Assembly: GCA_964016885.1 (NCBI GenBank)
Contig: OZ024740.1
Span: 193,936,001-194,000,000 of the forward strand
DNA: 64,000 nucleotides
Reading direction: 5' to 3'
From: Eledone cirrhosa
Taxonomy: Eukaryota
Position numbers and translations under genes: made by a program. Below the pieces are notes generated by a model. The model was not told where the DNA came from, ran no database searches, and saw only the letters and a program-made list of their open reading frames with translations. Position 1 is the stretch's first letter, and every line of letters begins with the position of its first letter. Shown one piece after another: positions 13,945 through 26,189 of this stretch.

Positions 13945-14904
13945 TCTATATATATAAACTGAGGTTGTCTGTCTGTATGTCTGTTTGTCTACTATAACCG
14001 TCGGCACACATCTCCTCCTAAACCGTACGTTCAAATGTTGGTGAAATTGCTACACTTATAGATGAAGGTCCGGCGGAGACATCTGTCGAAAGAATGTTCA
14101 AATCGACCCACGCCAAGTCCAAAAATCGAATTTGTAATGTATTGATTTTTCAGTTAAAATGTATAGAGATGAGAGACGAGTTATTTCCCTTTTATGGCGT
14201 CATTTGCTTATCTATTTATGTTACGTATAAACGACGCGGTGGAGCGAGAAGAACAATTTCATGCAAAGAGAAGACCAAGTTTATGGTGTAAATGGATTCG
14301 TTAGACTAATATTCTATTTAAAATAACCGAATGATTTCCAGCCCCGGAGTTTAAGAATGATGTAAATAAATTGTAAACGAAAATGACAGGTTATTAAAGT
14401 AGTTGTTTCTACTTTTGGCACAAGGCTAGCAAATTATCCAGTACATTACTGGTACTTTATTTTATCGACCCCGTAAGGATGAAAGGCAGAGTTAACCTCG
14501 ACGGGATTTTAAATTTGCCTTAACATAGTAAAAGTAAATAGTGAAGATTTAGGCCAGTACATACGCATGCGCCGACGAACATACACATACATATACATAC
14601 GCACACACAAATACATACACACACACGTAGCCCCGGAGTTTAAGAATGATGTAAATAAAATTGTAAATGAAAATGACAGGTTATTAAAATAGTTGTTTCT
14701 ACTTTTGGCACAAGGCCAGCAAATTATCCAGTACATTACTGGTACTTTATTTTATCGACCCCGTGAGGATGAAAGACAAAGTTAACCTCGACGGGATTTT
14801 AACTTTGCGCTAACATAGTAAAAGTAAATAGTGAAGATTTAGGCCAGTACATACATATGCGCCGACGAACATACACATATATATATATACATACGCACAC
14901 ACAA

Positions 14905-14942
<38 letters not shown>

Positions 14943-15386
14943 GCGCGTGTGTGTAAACCTTATGCATTTCTATAGTATTTTCACCAAACTAAAGACATAG
15001 GTTACTTATGTACTCCGGATGGTCATGGGAACTTTCATTTTTCCAGATATTGATTATAGGGCCCCCCGGCAGATAACCCCTTTAACCACTTTAACCACTT
15101 CTTTGGAGTCGACTGAAGCACTGCAGTGCAATGCAACAAAACGTCATAACTTCTGGAGTTTGCAACCGATTTTCACAAAACTTGACACATGGGCTACGTT
15201 TGTTCTACAGATGAATGTGAACTCTCAGAATTGACACATATTGAGTAGGGGACCCCTGGGGGCAGGAACCCTCTTTTGGAAAAAGCCGATGTAAAGTATA
15301 GTTTTCCAAGCAGCACTGAAGTATTGACATAAATGGTATACATAACTGGTATTTAATACCCGAGCAACGCCGGGTACCTCTGCTAG
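13945..15386 (+). mobile_element. Non-autonomous Helitron carrying duplicated SINE fragments
   Basis: 5' TCTATATATATAAA...(TGTC)n; 3' hairpin CCCG-agcaacgc-CGGG ~10 nt before terminal CTAG|T; preceded by another ...CTGCTAG end at 13908-13944. Confidence 0.65.
14341..14930. repeat. ~289-bp tandem duplication, each copy with a SINE core/tail fragment on the minus strand
   Basis: gccccggagtttaagaatgatg starts at 14341 and 14630; 14404-14508 and 14693-14800 match the SINE at 40694-40875. Confidence 0.8.
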
Positions 15387-16326
15387 TATACTATAGATAT
15401 TAGTTGTAGAATATAGTCACCGCCAACCAATGCGTAGGCCATTTTATATTCTTAATATTCTTTACCGTGTGGTTAGCGAGGCATATTTGAAGAAAAACTA
15501 TTTGAAGAAAAATTATTCTTATGAGAATTTACATTTATCCTAATGGTAACATGAAATTTATGTTACTGGTAACATTGCGTAACAAATGGTTATCAAAAAT
15601 TGCTATCATCCTATGAATTTGATGGCAACTAATGAAATAAGAATTCAGTAATTTGAAGGCTGCTTCAAGTAAGCAGCTACTAACCTTGCCCATTTCCTAA
15701 TTTATAACTAACCTCAAGTCGTATAAACATAAGAGTAAATTGCTGCTAAGATCACGACTAAATTTTATATTTTTCTTCTGCCAATTATGTGCTATTACGC
15801 ATATTTCCATATATATACATATATCATTCCAGCTTTTCTCCTCTTCTCTTCTTTCCCTCTCTACACTACCCATTTCTCATCTTATGCTTCAGATTCCCAT
15901 TCTTTCCTTCTCTCACTCTCTATCCGTTCTTCCGTTCAATATATGGTTATATTTTAACCCGAGTTTTGCTATGCACATAGCACTCGGCTTTTTACAGCTA
16001 CTCCTGTGTTGGGTTTGCTACAATTTTATTAAAAATCATGTATATATTTGTGGAGCGGGGATTACTCTCTGCCTGTCTGTGTGTCTGCCTGTGTTTCTAT
16101 ATGAAATAGCTCGTACACTTCCTGATGTAGAACGGTTTAATATACGTTTCCGATTTCGCGCAATTTACAAAGAGGTGAAATAATAGTGACAGTTGAAGGT
16201 AAATCAGAGGAAAGACTGGCGAATATAACATATCTCTAAAACTAACAATAAATAAAACAAAGAATACACACTGAAACACACACACACACACACACAAACA
16301 CTCACACATATATAGCTTCGTCCGCA

Positions 16327-16385
<59 letters not shown>

Positions 16386-16512
16386 TAAATCTACCAAAAT
16401 GTACGGTAGTGTCCAATCCGTATGAAGAACTCAATGTAATCCGAATATCATGAAAAGTGATGTATTCAAAAACATTTTTTTCGATGAAAAATACAGGAAA
16501 ACAGAGTCAAGA

Positions 16513-17391
16513 TAAATTAATAAAAATAATGAAGAAACAAAGAAACAGTTCCTTATATTAAAAAATTCATCATTTTACGATCGTTTCTAGGATATATATG
16601 TTAGTGTTGGTATGCATATCATATAGATCTATGTAAAATTTTTACAAACTATCAGAAGGAATATACATACCTAACTCATATATATGCTGTCTTCAGAAAT
16701 AATGATATTTGTTTATTGAAAAAAACCAACAAAGATTTAATACAATGGGTCTGTTTGGGAACAGGTTTTGAATTGACCAATAGAAAGATAGTGAAGGTCA
16801 AGATGATAAAATAGTAGTAATAGAGCCTTAATTTAGGGGTAGAGGGAGGTAGATTTCAGTTTTGGATGGAAAGAATATTATGAATGAAAGATTATTTTAG
16901 CGACCTATTATATTAAATCTTTGTTGGTTTTATTCAATGAACAAATATAATTATTTCTGAAGACAGCATATGACCTATTTCTGAAGACAGCATATGACCT
17001 ATTTTCATCCCTAAAATAATCTTTCATTCATAATATTCTTTCCATCCAAAACTGAAATCTACCTTCCTCTACCCCTAAATTAAGGCTCTATTACTACTAT
17101 TTTACCCTCTTGACCTTCACTATCTTTCTATTGGTCAATTCAAAACCTGCTCCCAAACAGACCTATTGTATTAAATCTTTGTTGGTTTTTTCAATAAACA
17201 AATATCATTATTTCTGAAGACAGCATATATATGTGTAGGTATGTATATTCCTTCTGATAGTTTGTAAAATGTTTACACAGATCTATATGATATGCATACC
17301 AACACTAACATATATATCCTAGAAACGATCGTAAAATGATGAATTTTTTAATATAAGGAACTGTTTCTTTGTTTATTAATTATTTTTATTA

Positions 17392-17397
<6 letters not shown>
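16513..17397. mobile_element. Large foldback (~390-bp arms) with an HHR in each arm
   Basis: ~16513-16905 is the reverse complement of ~17005-17397, with a rearranged centre. Plus HHR 17206-17341: CATTATTT CTGAAGA c ag-atatatatg...catatatat-ct a GAAA cgatcg TA AAATGATG. Minus copy at 16568-16704. Confidence 0.8.
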
Positions 17398-17447
<50 letters not shown>

Positions 17448-18309
17448 ATATATATATATATATAATAGCTTAGTACGCGGACGATTCATAGGGATTATAT
17501 AGATATATTTTTTTTAATATAGGCTTAGTTTATGAGCTCGATACAAAAATACATAATCATTAAACAACAATATTGTTTGAAATATGGTCTTTGAAGCCGA
17601 AAAGATTTGAATACTTTGTGGCTTAAGCGTCCCCTCCCAACTCGAGCCAGCAGAGCTGGCATGACAGTTTTCCCGTCTGTGGTGGTATGCCCCTCATCTG
17701 CTATGCTACTTGCTATGCTACCTTCTCTAGTGAAAACCTGGCACGCATGGCCAACATTTTAGGCTCTGCTACCTGCCAGGCCGAATAAGGCAAACTGTCC
17801 AATTATTGGCCACTCTCTGATAGCTTTGTGGTAGAGCCTGGAACTATAGAATATTCCCGCGTTCTTAGCTCCCGGATCATATCCCTGCTCACTGCTATTG
17901 GAACGGAGTTGGCTGCGCGCGTGGTGGAGTGGCTTTCCAGCGCGTCTCCTTTGGCGTCTTCCGGGGCATTGTATTCTCCATCCTGTTGGTCGGGACCAAT
18001 AGGAGGAGGGTAACTTATTTGCAGGTGGAAGATACTCGTTCGGACATCACACATTTACACACATAGCCACGTATAGAGTCAACCGTGTGAACAATATATT
18101 TTATATATAAAACTTCAGAAGAATGTATTTTATAGAGAATTAGTAGTTAATAAAGAAACCAGGTGTGTTTCTTATATATTTAAATATTCCTTTTATAAGT
18201 AAATTGTTTTCCTCTATTACAATACCTAGGCGTTTCTCGCAGTATAACGTAAAATTATATCAAATACATATATGCATACATACATACATATATACATATA
18301 TACATACAT

Positions 18310-18915
18310 GATGGCTGCCACCTCGTTATCGAGTATGGCCATTGCACGATATAACATTATTAGTAATTATGAATTAATGCTATCGTGCAATGTCTGTGCG
18401 TGAAGATCTTTTTTAAAGTGACGAAAGACTGTGCACTGAGCCATTCCCAGTCTATGAGCGACAGTAGCTATAACCCGAAAAGAAGAAAAGATGAACATCA
18501 TCGGTAGCTACTGAGCCGCAGGTGTTTTGTCGGATTTATCCCAGTTTCCTGAGTTGCGTTATCCTAGAAGAAAGCCCTAACAAAGGCTAGGGGTCCTTCA
18601 GCCCAGTGGTTTAACCGCGCGATCGTGTAGCCAGCCCAAGTATTTCTATGTCCCCGCGCATATACATACACATGTATACATGTATACATGTATATACAAA
18701 TATACATATATACACATGTATATACATATTTACACTTGTTTGGATGGCCGTTGACTGTGATGAGATTCTCCGCTCTTTGCCGGGTCTTTTATTTCATACC
18801 GCATGGTGTCCAAATATGACACACCTCACCAAGCTAGCTTGGTGGGGTTGCCGGTTTAGTCACCGACGACCCGACCATGAGACAGGTTGTACTGAGTTAC
18901 ATGTTACAAGTAACA
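18310..18915 (+). mobile_element. Unclassified dispersed ~600-bp repeat (family A), flanked by (TACA)n
   Basis: Colinear with 24458-25017 and, inverted and partial, with 34593-35260; begins ATGGCT...TCGTTATC.AGTATGGCCATTGCACGAT. Confidence 0.7.
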
Positions 18916-18948
18916 CTCGAGAGCGACCGACATATACATACATACATA

Positions 18949-19266
18949 TGTAAAACATTCCAAACATTTTGCATCTAATAACTGCATACAAAGGTTATAC
19001 ACATGCACACATACAACTCAAAACATACACATCCACACATACAATAACATCCATACCTACACATGCATACATGCAGACATGCACACATACAATACCATGC
19101 ATACATGCAGACATGCAGACATGCAGACATATCTACCTAGTTGATGTTGTGTAAATTCCAATGAGATAGCCTTGTGACTATGTTAGAAACCGACTCTCTC
19201 TTTCTATTGGAAAAAAAAATTGTGAAATTATAAAACCAGAAGAACATACATTCATACATACATACG
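18949..19266 (+). mobile_element. 5'-truncated 3' end (last codons + 3'UTR) of an R4/Dong-type LINE
   Basis: Matches 24191-24455 (C(K/Q)TF..FCI* then UTR); ends in CATA repeats. Confidence 0.75.
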
Positions 19267-19595
19267 TAAAGGATTGATTCATCCCAATTTTGAAAATTGC
19301 CATCATTTGAACCTATTCTCTTTAGCATATGCTACAGGGGGAAAATACCTTTTCAGCTAGGGCCAACCATGCTCATGTAACACAATTAAATTATATTTAG
19401 ATCAAGGGATTCTGGTGCTTGCAGTTTTTTTAAGTGAAGAAAGGCTTTGCTCTGGTCCAATCCCACCCTCTAAACGACATCATAAACCAACATCATTGGC
19501 TGCTATCGAGTCGCAGGTTTTACATCAGATTTCTGCTTCCCTTGAATGATGTCCTAACATACATACATACATACATACATACATACATACATACA

Positions 19596-19627
<32 letters not shown>

Positions 19628-19637
19628 ATACATATAA

Positions 19638-22600
19638 TAATGGCGACCGTTGTGGTCAGTGTCCGATAATCGGAAGTGTGTAATTACGGCTTACATGAAG
19701 GCAACATACCATATATTGGAAAAGGTTGAGCTACAATATGCGGTAAGATTACATATAATAATTCTACATAAGTGTATGAAATGTAAGTGTGTTGTAAAAC
19801 ACCTATTTATATGAACGATACATACACTTATGATATATGAACGATACACACACTTTAACATATAAATGCAACGTTGTTATATTACATTTATAAAGAAATA
19901 TACAAGTAACGTTTTCGATTCAGAAACAAAAACATAAGTGTTTGAACTGTGAATATGTTGTGAATAAGTTGTAGAACACCTATTTATATGAATGATACAT
20001 AAACTTTAACATATAAATACAGCGTTGTTATATTATATTACATTCATAAAGAAATATACTAAGTAACAGTTCTTTTTGTTCTCGATTCAAACGATTCAAG
20101 AACAACGTTTAAAACACGGTTGTAGAATTAAAAACTAACTGAAAAGAAATATTACCCAAGCTGTGAATAACTTTAAATTTGATTCTGACAGAACTTTGTC
20201 GAAACTTTTAAAGAAGATCATCGACTATTTTGAAAAATAAATACGAAATATTAGTGAATAGACGAACTCATCAAGGCAAAAAGTACAAGTCTCCTTTGAT
20301 CAAATCGCAACTACAGCCGTTGTATACAGTGGAGCTACGAGCTTAACAAAGTATTATATAAAGCATACAAACAATCTGAACCCCAAAAGTTCGGTTTTAT
20401 GCAAAGGCTAAAAACGTTATGGAACTCCAAACACCCAGAATTAGACTGTTCTCTAAAGCATTTAAATGAACAGGCAAAACGTATCATTAGATGTAAATTG
20501 ATACATCTAACGGAATTGAGTGATACTTCAAATACAGCCCTTGTAGAAAACCACCCCACCTCCACTGACAGACAAAGATAATGGCCAACTAAATCTAACA
20601 GTGAACAGCTCACCAACAATTTTGCTGAAATCCATCCCACTTCCACTGAAGAACAGCGAGAAAGGTCAGCTAACTCTAGTAGTAATTGTCACCACATCAA
20701 CAACGAGGCTGAAATTCATGACTCTACTGAACAAACAGAGCACCAAAAACTTTTGGACACCCTACAAGTGATATGGAACGATATGTTTCAAGAGATACAC
20801 AGCCTTAATGTGAGTGACAGACCATACAACACTAGAATCAGTAAAGAACCCACGAAATTGGAATTGGAAGCGGTGAACGAAATAGCTGGCAATTATGTGA
20901 AGGCTATACGATCTAAAGGTGTAGAAACGACATTTGAAACGCTTAATGTTTTGTTATATGTTTCAGCTGTCAAATTGCTATCATATAACACACATCTAAA
21001 ACCACGCAATCAAGATACAAACAGAAAGCCAGAACCAGCGTGGATGCGAAATTTAAAAACCAAAATGTTGTCCCTGAGACGAAGTATCTCACACATCGCA
21101 GTCGTTATGAAATGCAACATAGAGAGCAACTACACACGACACCAGGAAGACCTAAAGAAAAGGTTAGAGAGACGATTTGGAGATACAAAATTTAAAACTT
21201 TGAACTCCAAATTACACCAGTTGAAACAACAACTCACAGCTACAACAGAAAGACGAAAATATAAGTCAACAGCACATAAACGACAAGTGCTAAATAGATT
21301 GTTTGCCAGAGATCCTAAATCAGTTTATTGCAGCTTCGGTGGCAAAAGCTCAATCCCTGTAAACGACACCCCTTCAAAAGAACAGGTTGAGAGCTACTGG
21401 AGATCTGTATGGGAAACGGATGACGAATTCAACAGACAAGCTAATTGGCTAAAAGAACTGGAACAGGACTACTGCCAACATGTCCAGACAAAACAATATG
21501 ACATAGATGGGTCAATTCTGGAAACATCTCTACAGAAAATGTCGAATAGGAAATCGCCAGGCCCAGACCTCATTACAGGATACTGGTTGAAGAATTTCAC
21601 TTTCTATCGGCAAGATCTCATACGGCTGTTTACAGAAACCATTAAAGGCACACAAGAACTGACCAGATGGTTATCAACTGCTACTACTCTCCTCATTCCC
21701 CAAAATAGCCAAACCACCCTTGCTAAAAATTACCGCCCAATTGCCTGCCAAAACATCATGTATAAATTATATACTGGGTGCCTTAACCTGTTCTTACAGG
21801 ATCACTGTGCTACCAACAACATCATAACACCTGAGCAAGCTGGTGGAAAGAGGGAGGTGTGGGGTTGCATAGATCACCTACTAACTAACAAAATGATTCA
21901 GGAAAAAACAACAAAGAATCGCAGAAACATGACTGTGGTGTGGCTGGACTATCAAAAAGCATTTGATAGTGTACCTCATGGGTGGATTATTAAGGCTTTA
22001 CAGTTAGCTAAAGTCCCACAACCATTGGTAGCTGCTGTTGAACGCCTGACCAAGAACTGGTACACCAATTTGATCCTTGGAGGTGAGAAGGAGCAGGTTA
22101 AGACTGATAAGATACATTACCAGAAGGGCATCTTTCAGGGTGATAGCTTGTCAGTGCTACTCTTCGTTCTCTCACTGAATCCACTATCTTACCTACTCAG
22201 GAAACAAGGTGGACAAAGAAGTGGGCCCAGAAGTATCTCCCATCTTTTCTTTGTTGATGACCTGAAGTTGTATGGGCCAAATATCAATGACATCAAGAAA
22301 CAATTGGACCTCATTACACAATTTTCAACCGACATCAAAATGAAATTTGGTGAGTCCAAGTGTGCATATTTGGCAGTAAAACGTGGAAGAGCTGTGCCCT
22401 CCTCTAGAAATTTAGAGATGAACGGCCTGACAATACAACCTCTACAGTCAGGTGACAACTACAGATATCTTGGATAGGATGAGAATGTCAGATATGATGG
22501 ACCCATAAATAAGGAGAGAACCAGAACTGAATACCTCAGAAGAGTAAAGAAAATATGGTCATCAGAACTGTCAGCATACAACAAATACATTGCCCACAAT

Positions 22601-23877
22601 ACTTATGCTGTGCCAATTCTAACGCCAACATTTGGCCTTCTGAACTGGTTATTGCAAGAACTAAGTGAGATGGATGTTAGAACTCGAAAACATCTCAGTG
22701 TCACTGGGAACTTTAACATCAATTGTGATGTGGATAGGCTATACTTCTCACGCAAGGAAGGTGGCCGGGGTCTAAAATCAATATTAACAACATATGAGAT
22801 CCGGATATTAACACTGAAGCAACACCTTCAACAGAGGAAAAAGGTTAGCACCCATCTTGCCCAGGTTTATGAGCATGAAAAAAAATATCATTAGAATAGC
22901 GACTGATCTGGAGGAGAGATATGCAATAAAGCCTGATATAAATCTCTCACCCAGAGAAATCGGAAGATCCTATTCAATGTTCAAACAAGATTAAAAAATT
23001 GACCAATTTACAGAAAAAGTTGTGCATGGATACTTGAGGCGTAAAACAGACCATAGAGGGGATAAACCACTCAAAAAGCCTGGCATGGAGTTCCGACAAG
23101 TTTATGACATCACACCTTGAGGGATATCTCTATGCAATACAGGAACAAGAACTCCCTACCAAATATCTGCTGTACAAAAGAGGAGAGCCAGCAGCTGACA
23201 ATAAATGTAGGCTATGTAAAACAAAGATCGAGGATGTAAGCCTCATTGTTGCCAGCTGCGAAAGAATGTCATCTAGCTACTACCTCCCCATGAGACACGA
23301 TTGGATAGCTAGAACCTTCTGGAACGCACTTCGGGAAACAAAATTAACAACAAACGAGGAAGAATATATTGAGACAGATGGCACTAAGGAATACTGGTGG
23401 AACCTGAAACTAAAAACTGCCACCAAATTAAAGCGCAACCGGCCTGATATTGTTGTTTGGGACCACACATTGAAAACGTGTTCTGTTGTGGAGATCAGCT
23501 GCCCACTTGATGTAAACGTTGTCAGAAAAATACAAGAGAAGGAGGACATCAACGGACCATTGATGAGGAGTTTACAAATCCAGTATCCAAGATACACCTT
23601 TAGCTTCATACCCATCATTATTGGAGCTACGGGTTATATACCAACCCGCTTGGACCAAAATATGACTGAACTTGGATTTGCGGACAAAAAGCGCAGCTCC
23701 CTAATTCATAGTCTACAAATGACTGCGATAACTGGCACCTTCAAAATTTGCAAAACATTCTTGCGATTCAAAGCATGACAATTTCTTTTCTTGTACAACC
23801 TTGCCACCAGGAAGGTGGCCGGTCAAAAAAATATACTCGAAATTAAGAGAAAGAGATAACTTACATACATACATACC
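19638..23877 (+). mobile_element. Near full-length R4/Dong-clade non-LTR retrotransposon (RT + restriction-like endonuclease)
   Basis: Starts after the long (TACA)n at 19557-19625 (5' boundary inferred); single disrupted ORF; ~85-nt 3'UTR ending in TACATACATACATAC at 23862-23877. Confidence 0.85.
20325..23778 (+). pseudogene. Disrupted RT-RLE ORF of the R4/Dong element
   Basis: N-terminal WSYELNKVLYKAY..SEP..GFMQRL..LW; RT motifs KSPGPD, NYRPIAC, DYQKAFDSVPH, GIFQGDSLS, HLFFVDDLKLY, FGESKC, YRYLG; DRLY.SRKEGGRGL; zinc knuckle CRLC...C; RHD; RPDIVV...VVEISCP; PIIIGATG. Stops at ~20581 and 22477, frameshifts at ~22880-23100. Confidence 0.92.
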
Positions 23878-24455
23878 TAACAGACAAAATATAATGATAT
23901 GGGACAGGGAAAAGAAGGTATACAGAGTAGTGGAAGTTAGCTGCCGAGCAGATGCCAAAATTATATTAAAGATTAGCGAAAAGGAGAATATCTATGCAGA
24001 ACTAATGAGAAATCTGCAGATACTTCACCCTGACTATACGTTCAGATATATACTTGTGATTAATGGGGCACTGGGATGCGTTAGTAATTGCCTTACTACA
24101 AATCTTGAAAAGCTGGGCTTCACAGAAACAGAAAGACCACCACTAGTTAGGAAACTACAAGTACACTCCATTAATGAAACTGTAAAAATATGTCAAACAT
24201 TCAAAAAATTCTGCATCTAATAACTGTACAGACACAAAGCACACATGCACACATAAAGCTCAAAACATCCTCATCCACACATACAATAACATCCATACCT
24301 GCATACACATGCTTGCAGGCAGATATGCATACATGTCTAGTTGGTGTTGTTTAAATTCCAATGAGAGTCATGTGTCTATGTTAGAAAGCGATTCTCTCCC
24401 TATTGGTAACAATTCATAAAATTATAAAACCAGAAAAACATACACACATACACAC
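23878..24455 (+). mobile_element. 5'-truncated second R4/Dong-family copy (RLE C-terminus + 3'UTR), different subfamily
   Basis: NRQNIMIWD...VVEVSC...EKENIY..LMRNLQI..P.YTF..LVINGALG...KICQTF parallels the RLE at 23437-23778; starts right after the TACA tail of the preceding element. Confidence 0.85.
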
Positions 24456-24457
24456 AT

Positions 24458-25017
24458 AATGGCTACTCACTCGTTATCAAGTATGGCCATTGCACGATAT
24501 AACATAATTAATAATTATCAATTAATGCTATCGTGCAATACCTGTTTAAAGTGTGGAAAGACTGTGCACAGAGCAAAACCCTTTCTCTGAGCGACAGTAG
24601 CTATAACACGAAAAGAAGAAAAGATCAACATAATCGGTAACTACCGAGCCGCAGGTTTTATGTGGAGGTTATCCCAGTTTCCTGAGTTGCAATCTTCTAT
24701 ATGAAAGGCCTGACAAAGGTTACAGGTCCTTCACTTCCAGTTGTTTAACCGCGTGATCGGGCACACAGCCCGATTATTTCTATGTCTGTATGCATATACA
24801 TACAGATGCATACATGTATATACATATTTACACATTTTTGGATAGCCGTTGACTCTTATGAGTTCTTCCGTCCTTTTTTAGGTTTTGATTTTTGTCCTCC
24901 AAAGTGTCCAAAATCCCCCTGATCACCAAATAAACATGGTGGGGTTGCCGGTTTATTCACCGACGACCCGACCATGCGACATGTTGTACTGGGTAACTCT
25001 TGATTGTTACTGGTAAC
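24458..25017 (+). mobile_element. Dispersed repeat family A
   Basis: Colinear with 18310-18915; flanked by CATA/TACA repeats. Confidence 0.7.
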
Positions 25018-26097
25018 ATACATACATATATACGTGCATACATACATACATAAATACATATATACATAAATCATACATAAAGTTTTTGTTATATTGTCAA
25101 CTATTTTTCTCGTGCCTTGAGAATTAAATGTCAAAAATAAATTTTCAATAAATATACGTATGTCTCACTTTTGCAGTTCATATTTTCTTGTCCCACTTCG
25201 GCGTCCAGCCGGATCAATTGGTTCGGACAGGATAAGCTGAGAGGAGCGTTTGAGGGCTGTGTCCCAACGACCCTCTCATGAATAAGTTGGCGAAGAAGAT
25301 ATTTCCTTAGACACCGTTCATTGAAACATTATCTCCACTGTAATTTTAACAAAAGATATGAAATATTAATAGTTCAGATATCTTTATTATTCTTTAAAAT
25401 TGAAACAAGCGTCATTTCAAATATTACAGACTGTAATCGTTATAATAATGTCATAAAATACTACAATATTATGGCTGGATTGAAATATCTTTTAAAATGG
25501 GCGGAGAAGTTATTTCATTCTTTAATGATAGTTATTGTGTTATGCTAGACGTTTCATTTTCCCTATATCATTATAAAGTTCAACTTGTTATGATTCTCTA
25601 TATATTTTTGGCGCTTTTGCTTTGTGTAACTTTTTGTCAATATTGTTTGCAATAGAATTATTTGAAAAGTAGTTTAATTTGTTTGAAACGCTGATATTTG
25701 ATTTGATTGATATGGTGTTATCGAATACCACGTGTATATTCTATTGTTTTATGCTGATCCTCTAATTTATGTATTTAACAGAATAATTGAAATATCAATT
25801 TACTTTGTTTTAACCATTTATAACTTTCACTGAACAAGGTTACGCAAGAGCTACAGTTTGTAATTTCTAATATATGGTAAAATTATATGCTCAGAATTCG
25901 GCGTTGTGGAACGCTGACTCCAATGTCTGATAGCAAATAGAACTGCGTAAGATCTAGAATACACATATACATAAACGCACGCGCGCGTGCATATATATAT
26001 TTATATATATATATATATATATATATACACGAGCTGAAGATCCGCTAAGGTGAAACAATTGTTCTCGGTATGGCGAACTAACTGCTGTGTAACCTCT

Positions 26098-26152
<55 letters not shown>

Positions 26153-26189
26153 ATGTGTGTGTGTGGGGGGGGGGGGGCGTGTGTGTGTG

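Noticed and set aside
23801-23877. N-terminal part of the 139-aa ORF as real coding sequence
   Set aside because: It is the 3'UTR and TACA tail of the upstream element, in frame by chance with the truncated RLE that starts at ~23878.
25170-25320. Possible host exon after a ttttgcag acceptor-like site
   Set aside because: No clear donor, recognisable peptide or partner exons; cannot be supported without RNA data.
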